NCBI GenBank assembly: GCA_047602405.1
Contig: JASGHJ010000002.1
Location: 1,888,001 to 1,952,000, forward strand
Direction of reading: 5' to 3'
Source: Anaeromyxobacteraceae bacterium
GTDB taxonomy: Bacteria > Myxococcota > Myxococcia > Myxococcales > Anaeromyxobacteraceae
DNA length: 64,000 bases
Shown here: one piece after another, positions 57,381 to 64,000 of the stretch
Layout of the letters: each line of letters begins with the position of its first letter
How positions within the stretch are numbered: the first letter of the stretch is position 1
Program-made: the position numbers and the translations under genes
Notes under the pieces: model-generated
Told to the model about the DNA's origin: nothing
What the model saw: the letters and a program-made list of their open reading frames with translations, nothing else
The model's database searches: none

Positions 57381-59229
57381 TCAGGCCACGTGATCCGCGG
57401 CCTCCTTGAAGGCCGGGTCGGAGGTCGCGTGCACGATCTGGCCGGGCTTCGCGAGCTGCTTGAGGAGCCGCGCCACGAAGCGCCGCGAGCCCTCGGCGAG
57501 CCCGGCGAAGGCGTCGTCCACCACCGCCACGGAGCGCGTCTCCACGAGCGCGCGCTCGAGGAACGCGAGCTTGAGCGCGAGCCAGAGGAGATCGCGGTCG
57601 GCCATCGAGAGCGTGGAGGCGGGCGTGGGCCGGCCGCCGGTCACCGCCGCGAGGTTCCCGCGGTCGTCCACCTGCAGCGCCGAGAGCCGCTGGAAGGTGA
57701 GCCCGGCGAGGTGCGCGGAGGCCTTCTGCGCGACGGCGCGCGCGGCGGCGGCCGGGCTCTGCTTGAGCTCGGTCCCGGCCCGCTCGAGGAGCGCCCGGAG
57801 GGGGTCGACCACCGGCGCCGCCGTCACCGGCGGTGGGGGCGGCGCCGCCGCGGCGGGCGGGGCGGCCGCGTCGGCCTCCATGCGCTGGATCTCGCTCTCC
57901 ACCGAGCGCACGTCGCGGACGAAGCCGCCGGCGTCCTCGGAGAGCCTCGCCTCGAGGTCCCTGATCTGCGCCTCGACCGCGGCGCGCTCGCGCTTGCCCT
58001 CGGTGGCCTCCGGGGAGGCCTCCCACTCGTCGCGGCGGCGGCGCCACTCGGCCACCACCTGGTCGGCGTCGGCGAGCCGCCCGAGCGCCTCCTTCAGCTC
58101 CGCGACGCGGGTGAAGCCGAGCGCCTTCATCGCCGCGTGGATCTCGGCGCCGTCCCGCTCGAACTGCTCCCCGACCTTCTGCTCCCAGTCGGCCAGCACC
58201 CGGCGCCGCCGGCCGACGCGCTCCCAGCCCTCGAGCTCGCCGATCCAGCGGTACGCGAGCACCCCGGCGCCGCCGAACGCGGCGATGGCCAGGATCGACA
58301 GGTAGCGGAGAATCGCTGTGCGACGCGGCCCCGTACGCGGCGAGGACCGCGAAGAGGAGCCCGCCGCCGGCGAGCCCCCAGAACCGCCCGTCGCCCCAGA
58401 ACGGCACCGGCCCGCCGCCCGCCTCGGCCTCGGCGAGCGCCTCCTTCTCCCGGGCCGCCTTGGCGCCGGCCTCCTCGCGCCGCGCCGCGAGCTTCTCGTA
58501 GGCGCCGAGCTTCGCCTCGGCCTCCCCGAGCGCGGCGGCCGCCCCGGCCACGTCGCCGAGCTCCTGGCGGGCGGCCTCGGCCTTCTCGAGCCCCTCGGCG
58601 ACGCGCGCGCCGCTCTTCATGACCTCCTCGAGCTTGAACAGCTTCGCCTGGAGCCCGTCGAGCTGGTACTGGAGCTTCTCCGCCACCTTCGCCTTCTCGA
58701 GCTCGGCGCGCAGCGCGACGAGCCGCTTCCTCGCCTCGTCGGGCGGGACGGCCGCGCGGATGGGCTGCTCGGAGCCGGTGATGGAGGTGCGCGCGCCCTG
58801 CTTCGAGGGGAGGTCGGCGGCGGCGATCGTCAGGAACGCCTTCGTCCGCTCGGCGGGCGGCGCGCCCGCGGTGGCGCGCAGGAAGTCGGCGATCGCGGGG
58901 AGCTCCGACGCGACGAGCGCGAAGGAGCGCTTCTCGGGATCGAACCGGTGCAGCTGGCAGCCCGCCGCGAAGTCGCGGACCAGCCGGTAGGTCACCCGGT
59001 CGTCGCCGACCAGGGTCAGGCCCGCCTTGAGCGGCGACTGGCCGGGCTGCCCCGACGTGCGGGGGAGCCCCTCGCCGTCGCGGGAGGTGGGGTGGAGGAG
59101 CGCCTCGAGGAGCTTGCGCAGCGCGACGCCATCGGCGGCGACGACGTTGTAGCCGGGGCGCAGCGTCGCCCGGCCACCGGCCGGAGCGACACCGCGGACG
59201 CCCTGCGCTGCGAACTCGAGGAGGATCAC
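57381..59229 (-). CDS. SMC/Rad50-like coiled-coil protein with degenerate ATPase motifs (apparent frameshift at ~58312)
   Basis: Long coiled coils flanking a hydrophobic hairpin, C-terminal LSMADRD...ALKLA...VVDDAF. Joins ORFs 57142..59229 and 57381..58262. Confidence 0.7.
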
Positions 59230-59305
59230 GGGTGGGCGCCCATGTTAGCGCCCGGCCCGTGCTCCGGGAAGCACTACGCCTCGATCCGGGGTGGGGCCCC
59301 GGCGA

Positions 59306-59332
59306 TCCCTCGACAAGCTCGGGATCGACGGG
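59306..59332. repeat. REP-like palindromic intergenic element, copy B
   Basis: TCCCTCGACAAGCTCGGGATCGACGGG, with the same arms as 32021-32070. Confidence 0.5.
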
Positions 59333-59351
59333 GCGGGGGCCATGCCCCCGC
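59333..59351 (-). terminator. GC hairpin directly after the rplS stop
   Basis: GCGGGGGC-CAT-GCCCCCGC. No U-tract, so terminator function is uncertain. Confidence 0.35.
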
Positions 59352-59352
59352 G

Positions 59353-59748
59353 CTACTCGGTCTTCGGGGCAGGGGCGGCCGGCGCGGCGGCCTCGCCGCT
59401 GCCCTCCTCCTGGTGGAGGCGCGCGGCCTTGCCCTGGAGGTCGCGGAGGAAGTAGAGGCGGGCGCGGCGGACCTCGCCGTGGCCCAGCACCTCGACCTTG
59501 TCCACGCGGGGGCTGTGGGTCGGGAAGATGCGCTCCACGCCCACGCCGTAGCTGACCTTGCGGACCGTGAAGTTGGAGGCGGTGCCACCCTTGCGGTAGG
59601 CGATGACCACGCCCTCGAAGACCTGGATGCGCTCCTTGTCGCCTTCCTTGATCTTCGTGTGGACGCGGACGTTGTCACCCGCGCGCATCTCGGGGACGTC
59701 CTTCCGCTTGTACTTCGCCTCGACGTCGGCAATCGCCTTGCGCATCAT
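59353..59748 (-). CDS. rplS: 50S ribosomal protein L19
   Basis: [39 protein letters not shown]. Confidence 0.97.
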   Translation of the reverse strand: MMRKAIADVEAKYKRKDVPEMRAGDNVRVHTKIKEGDKERIQVFEGVVIAYRKGGTASNFTVRKVSYGVGVERIFPTHSPRVDKVEVLGHGEVRRARLYFLRDLQGKAARLHQEEGSGEAAAPAAPAPKTE

Positions 59749-59762
59749 GGTTCCGCTCTCCT

Positions 59763-60500
59763 CTACAGCTCGTCGTCCCCGGCCTCGATGAGCCGGAGGT
59801 CCTTTTCGTCGAGGCGCAGCCGCTCGAACAGATCGGGCCTGCGCTCCCGGGTGGCGCGCAGCGACTCGCGCCGCCGCCACCGCTCGATGCGCCGGTGGTC
59901 CCCGCTCAGGAGGACCTCCGGCACCTTCATGCCCCGGTACTCCGGGGGCCGCGTGTAGTGGGGGTACTCGAGGGCGCCGTCGGCGAAGCTCTCGGCGCCC
60001 GCGGAGTCCGCGTTGCCGAGCACGCCGGGCACGAGCCGCGCCGCCGCGTCGACCACGCACAGCGCCGCGAGCTCACCGCCCGTGAGCACGAAGTCTCCCA
60101 GGGAGACCTCTCTGTCCACCACCGACCTCACGCGCTCGTCCACTCCCTCGTACCGGCCACACACCAGGATCAGCCTGCCGTGCCCCGCCAGCTCCTTCGC
60201 CAGCGCCTGCGAGAGCACCTGCCCCCGCGGGCTCGTCAGCACCACCCAGGCCCCGGGCCTCCGCGCCCGCGCCGCCTCGATGGCCTCCGTGAGCGGCTCG
60301 GGCTTCATCACCATCCCGGCCCCGCCCCCGTACGGCGCGTCGTCGGCGACCCGGTGCTTGCCCGCGGCGTGCTCTCGCACGTCGTGCACCGCCACGTCGA
60401 CGAGCCCGGCCTCCCTGGCCTTCGCCAGGATGGAGCCCGCGAGGTAACCCTCGCAGAGCCCGGGGAACAGCGTCAGGATGTCGACCTCCAGCCCGGCCAC
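59763..60500 (-). CDS. trmD: tRNA (guanine-37-N1)-methyltransferase
   Basis: [42 protein letters not shown]. Confidence 0.97.
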   Translation of the reverse strand: MAGLEVDILTLFPGLCEGYLAGSILAKAREAGLVDVAVHDVREHAAGKHRVADDAPYGGGAGMVMKPEPLTEAIEAARARRPGAWVVLTSPRGQVLSQALAKELAGHGRLILVCGRYEGVDERVRSVVDREVSLGDFVLTGGELAALCVVDAAARLVPGVLGNADSAGAESFADGALEYPHYTRPPEYRGMKVPEVLLSGDHRRIERWRRRESLRATRERRPDLFERLRLDEKDLRLIEAGDDEL

Positions 60501-60525
60501 GTCGGCCTCTCCCGGTGCCTCCTGC

Positions 60526-61026
60526 CTAACCGCCCTGCTCCAGCAAACCCTCCGGCGGATCGACCACGATGCGCCGGCGCTCCAGATCCACTTCCACGTA
60601 CGGCGCGAGCGGGATCAGCACCTCTCCCCGGTCGCCCGTCACCTGCAAGACGTCCACGGCGCCCGTCTCGAGCAGCCCGGTCACCTTCCCGACCGGCTGG
60701 CCCGCCGCCGTCACCACCTCGAGGCCCTCGAGATCGGCCCAGTAGAAGGCCCCCTCGCCCGCCTCGCCCAGGTCCTCGCGCTCGGCGAGCACCTCGGCCC
60801 CCACCCACGTCTCGGCGGCGGTCCGGTCCACCACCCCGTCCACCCCGAGCGCCCAGAGGCGCCCCTGCGGCCGCGCCACCTGCACCTTCACCAGGCGATC
60901 CGGCTGCCCGGCCCTCCGGAGCGTCACGCGCTCGAGCTCGGCGAGCGCGCCCTCCGTGCCGGCCACCCCCAGGAGCCCCTTGAGGCCCAGGGCGCGGACG
61001 ACCTTGCCCAGCGGGACCAGCGGCAC
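60526..61026 (-). CDS. rimM: Ribosome maturation factor RimM
   Basis: [30 protein letters not shown]. Canonical position. Confidence 0.93.
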   Translation of the reverse strand: MPLVPLGKVVRALGLKGLLGVAGTEGALAELERVTLRRAGQPDRLVKVQVARPQGRLWALGVDGVVDRTAAETWVGAEVLAEREDLGEAGEGAFYWADLEGLEVVTAAGQPVGKVTGLLETGAVDVLQVTGDRGEVLIPLAPYVEVDLERRRIVVDPPEGLLEQGG

Positions 61027-61030
61027 GCCG

Positions 61031-61261
61031 CTAGTCCAGGATGTCGAGCACCGCCCGCTTGCCCTCGCGGCGCGCGGCGGCCTCGACGACGGTGCGGAGC
61101 GCCTTCGCGGTCCGCCCGCCACGCCCGATGACGCGCCCGAGGTCGTCCTCGGCCACCGTGAGCTCGAGCACCGTCGAGCGATCCCGCTCGATGGCGTCGA
61201 CCTTCACGGCGTCCCGGTGCTCGACGAGCTCCCGGGCGAGCCAGAGGACGAGATCGTGCAC
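61031..61261 (-). CDS. khpA: KH-domain RNA-binding protein KhpA
   Basis: DLGRVIGRGGRTAKALRTVV, located between rpsP and rimM. Confidence 0.93.
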   Translation of the reverse strand: MHDLVLWLARELVEHRDAVKVDAIERDRSTVLELTVAEDDLGRVIGRGGRTAKALRTVVEAAARREGKRAVLDILD

Positions 61262-61264
61262 GCC

Positions 61265-61540
61265 CTAGGCCTTCTTCCCGGCGCTCTCGGCCTTCGGGGC
61301 GGCCTTCCCGGCGCGCTTCAGGATCTTCGCGACGGTCGGGCTCGGCTTCGCGCCGATCTTGAGCCAGTGCTGGATGCGCTCGGCCTTGAGCTCGATCCGC
61401 TCCGGGGAGCGGGTCGGGTCGAAGATGCCGACGTCCTCGAGGTACTTGCCGTCCCGCGCCGCGCGCGAGTCGGTGGCCACCACGTGATAGAAGGGCGCCT
61501 TGTGCGTGCCCGCACGCGAGAGCCTGAGAACCACCGCCAT
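61265..61540 (-). CDS. rpsP: 30S ribosomal protein S16
   Basis: LRLSRAG..KAPFYHVVATDSR..RDGKYLE. Confidence 0.97.
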   Translation of the reverse strand: MAVVLRLSRAGTHKAPFYHVVATDSRAARDGKYLEDVGIFDPTRSPERIELKAERIQHWLKIGAKPSPTVAKILKRAGKAAPKAESAGKKA

Positions 61541-61560
61541 GTGAAGCCTCCTGTGTTTCC

Positions 61561-61608
61561 TGGACCGCGGTGCGGTCGCCTTCGTGGACCGCGGTGCGGT
61601 CGCGGTCC
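61561..61608. repeat. Tandem 19-bp direct repeat / hairpin in the rplQ-rpsP spacer
   Basis: TGGACCGCGGTGCGGTCGC at 61561-79 and 61585-603. GGACCGCG/CGCGGTCC stem at 61586-61608. Confidence 0.75.
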
Positions 61609-62042
61609 TACTTCTTGGTCTTCTTCTCGGCCTTCTCGGCGGCCGGCTTCTCGGTCTTCTCGTCGCCGCCGGCCGCGGAGGCCGGGGAGCGGTCGAGCAG
61701 CTCGATCATGGCCATCTCGGCCGCGTCGCCCGCCCGGCGCCCGATCTTCACGATGCGCGTGTAGCCACCCGGGCGGCTCTTGAAGCGCTCGGCCATCGGG
61801 CCGAACAGCTTGTTGAGCGCCTCGACGTCCTTCACGTCGCGGTTCGCGATGCGGCGGTGGTGCGCGCCGCCCTTCTTCGCGAGCGTGATGAACTTGTCGC
61901 AGATGCGCTTCAGCTCCTTGGCCTTGGGCGTGGTGGTCACGATCCGCTCGTGGCGGATGAGCGACGTCACCATGTTCCGGAACATCGCGGTGCGATGCTC
62001 GGTGGTGCGGTCCAGCCTGCGGCCTGCGATCCGGTGCTTCAT
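61608..62042 (-). CDS. rplQ: 50S ribosomal protein L17
   Basis: MKHR...[14 protein letters not shown]...[10 protein letters not shown]...R.GDAAEMA.IEL. Confidence 0.97.
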   Translation of the reverse strand: MKHRIAGRRLDRTTEHRTAMFRNMVTSLIRHERIVTTTPKAKELKRICDKFITLAKKGGAHHRRIANRDVKDVEALNKLFGPMAERFKSRPGGYTRIVKIGRRAGDAAEMAMIELLDRSPASAAGGDEKTEKPAAEKAEKKTKK

Positions 62043-62126
62043 CTGAGTCGTTCCTCTCTGTGTCTCCGGGGGCACAGGCCCCCGCCCCGCCGGGCAAAGC
62101 CCGTCGGGGCCCCACCCCGGGGCAAA

Positions 62127-63146
62127 TTAGGCCTTCAGCTGGCCCTGCGGCGCGGCCTTGGGCGGCCAGTTCTCGAGCTTCATGCCGAGGGAGAGCCCCA
62201 TCTCCGCGAGGATCTCCTCGATCTCCTTCAGCGACTTCCGGCCGAAGTTCTTCGTCTTCAGCATCTCGGCCTCGGTCTTCTGGACGAGATCGCCGATGGT
62301 CTTGATGTTCGCGTTCTGGAGGCAGTTCGCGGAGCGGACCGAGAGCTCGAGCTCGTCGACCGAGCGGAAGAGGTTCTCGTTCAGCTTCTGCTCCTCGACC
62401 GGCTTCACCTCCTCGGCGGGCTCCTCGGCCTCGTCGAAGTTGATGAAGATCGAGAGCTGCTCCTTGACGATCTTGGCGGCGAACGCCACCGCGTCGGCCG
62501 GGGCCACGGACCCGTCGGTCCAGACCTCGAGCGAGAGGCGGTCGTAGTCGGTCTGCTGGCCGACGCGGGCGTTCGTGACCTGGTAGTTCACCTTCCGGAT
62601 CGGGCTGAAGAGCGCGTCGATCGGGATGGTGCCGATGGGCGAGCCCGGCACCTTGTTCCGCTCGGCCGGGACGTAGCCGCGGCCGCGGCGGGCGGTGAGC
62701 TCGGCGCGGACCTTGCCGCCCTCGGAGATGGTGAGGACGTGGTGGCCCGGGTTGAGGACCTCGACCTGCGGATCCACGATGAGGTCGCCCGCCTTGATCT
62801 CGCGGGGGCCGTCCGCCTCGATGCGGAGGGTCTTGACCTCGTTCGTGTGGATCTGGAGGAGGACCTCCTTCATGTTGAGGATGATGTCGGTGACGTCCTC
62901 GGCGACCTCGGGGATGGTCATGAACTCGTGCTCGACGCCCTCGATCTTCACCGAGGTGATGGCGGCGCCCTGCAGGCTCGAGAGGAGCACGCGGCGCAGC
63001 GCATTGCCGAGCGTGATGCCGAAGCCGCGCTCCAGCGGCTCCGCGATGAACTTCCCGTAGGTGTTGCTGAGGCTCTCCTGGTCGACCACGAGCCCGCGGG
63101 GCTTGATGAGGTCGCGCCAGTTCTTCGTGACGATGCCGTCCACCAT
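62127..63146 (-). CDS. rpoA: RNA polymerase subunit alpha
   Basis: [46 protein letters not shown]. Confidence 0.98.
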   Translation of the reverse strand: MVDGIVTKNWRDLIKPRGLVVDQESLSNTYGKFIAEPLERGFGITLGNALRRVLLSSLQGAAITSVKIEGVEHEFMTIPEVAEDVTDIILNMKEVLLQIHTNEVKTLRIEADGPREIKAGDLIVDPQVEVLNPGHHVLTISEGGKVRAELTARRGRGYVPAERNKVPGSPIGTIPIDALFSPIRKVNYQVTNARVGQQTDYDRLSLEVWTDGSVAPADAVAFAAKIVKEQLSIFINFDEAEEPAEEVKPVEEQKLNENLFRSVDELELSVRSANCLQNANIKTIGDLVQKTEAEMLKTKNFGRKSLKEIEEILAEMGLSLGMKLENWPPKAAPQGQLKA

Positions 63147-63301
63147 GGGCTGTCTCCTTGGCCGCCGCCCCCTCCCCCCGTCCGGTCAGCCGGGCCGGCG
63201 TGAGGCTCCGTGGGGCGCGCGACGTTGTCGTTCGACGACCTGCCGTGAAAGGGAGCGGGCCCGCGCTGCGTGCGACCGGGCCCGCTCCGGAACTCGGGGC
63301 T

Positions 63302-63929
63302 CTACTTCGAGTAGAGCTCGACGATGAGCTGCTCCTGGATCGGCATCGTGATGTCCTCGCGCGACGGCGAGGTCTTCACGGTGCCCTTGAAGGCGCCCTT
63401 GTCGAGCTCCAGCCAGCCGGGGACCTGGCGGCGGTCGACCGCCTCGAGGGCCTCGGAGAATCCGGACCACCTTCTTCGAGCGCTCCTTCACCTCGACCTT
63501 GTCGCCGGGGCGGCAGAGGTAGCTCGGGATGTTCACCTTGCGGCCGTTCACGCGGAAGTGGCCGTGGCGGACGAGCTGGCGGGCCTCGTTCCGGGTGTCG
63601 GCGAAGCCGAGCCGGAAGACGACGTTGTCGAGCCGCAGCTCGAGCGTCTGGAGGAGGTTCTCGCCGGTCTTGCCCTTCGCGGCGGCGGCGTTGTGGTACG
63701 CGTGGCGGAACCCGGCCTCGAGTAGGCCGTACATCCGCTTCACCTTCTGCTTCTCACGCAGCTGGACGCCGTACTCCGAGAACTTCGTGCGGCCCTGGCC
63801 GTGCTGGCCAGGCGGGTAAGGGCGGCGCTCGATGGCGCACTTGTCCGTGTAGCAACGGTCGCCCTTCAGGTACATCTTCAGGTTCTCGCGCCGGCAGAGG
63901 CGGCACTGGCTTTCGCTGTAACGGGCCAC
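63302..63929 (-). CDS. rpsD: 30S ribosomal protein S4 (apparent frameshift at ~63460)
   Basis: [31 protein letters not shown]. After removing one base it continues [11 protein letters not shown]...[13 protein letters not shown]. Confidence 0.96.
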
Positions 63930-63945
63930 TCGATGGTCTCCTGAC

Positions 63946-64000
63946 TCAGACGCGGCGGCGCTTCGGCGGCCGGCAACCGTTGTGCGGGATCGGCGTGGCA
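63946..64000 (-). CDS. rpsK: 30S ribosomal protein S11, 3' end only
   Basis: Minus strand reads [20 protein letters not shown]. Confidence 0.95.
   Translation of the reverse strand, partial: ATPIPHNGCRPPKRRRV

Noticed and set aside
61561..61608. Direct repeat as a CRISPR remnant
   Set aside because: Two 19-bp copies only 5 bp apart, no spacer-length gap, no cas genes.
63302..63929. rpsD and eight other genes as true pseudogenes or programmed frameshifts
   Set aside because: rpsD is essential, both halves of each gene are undegraded, no slippery heptamers were seen, and the breaks cluster at GATC or a homopolymer. Sequencing error fits better.

Overview
Very GC-rich (roughly 73-75% by eye) bacterial chromosome segment. 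Gene content and order point to an Anaeromyxobacter-like member of Myxococcota (inference). Left to right: (1) end of a cytochrome cluster (lipoprotein with CX4CH, beta-barrel-like protein containing CXXCH, two tandem monoheme cytochromes, decaheme OmcA/MtrC-type lipoprotein); (2) a minus-strand mlaE-mlaF-long mlaD-tlpA-yacG-2-hydroxyacid dehydrogenase-PHP phosphatase-flippase operon; (3) an M16 peptidase pair plus RluA, an XRE regulator, a cN-II-type 5'-nucleotidase and tRNA-Sec; (4) a poly-HAMP chemoreceptor, metabolic/transport genes (dodecin, Ca/Na antiporter, M28 peptidase, speA, ABC exporter, pfkA), slt-HNH-FlhG-like ATPase-J-like/HTH-rluD, and a sigma54 two-component system; (5) a divergent NagZ-like gene facing an adenylate cyclase-Ser/Thr kinase-LysM/FecR/barrel operon; (6) rpsK(3')-rpsD-rpoA-rplQ-rpsP-khpA-rimM-trmD-rplS, then an SMC-like gene, yraN and rsmI. 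Nine genes carry apparent frameshifts, including essential rpsD. Seven of the nine sit at a GATC, and at least ten rare-codon substitutions read as GATC->GATT/AATC. This suggests long-read miscalls caused by a host modification of GATC, probably on the cytosine. No transposase, integrase or CRISPR array was seen. Start codons were picked by eye and may be off by a few codons.
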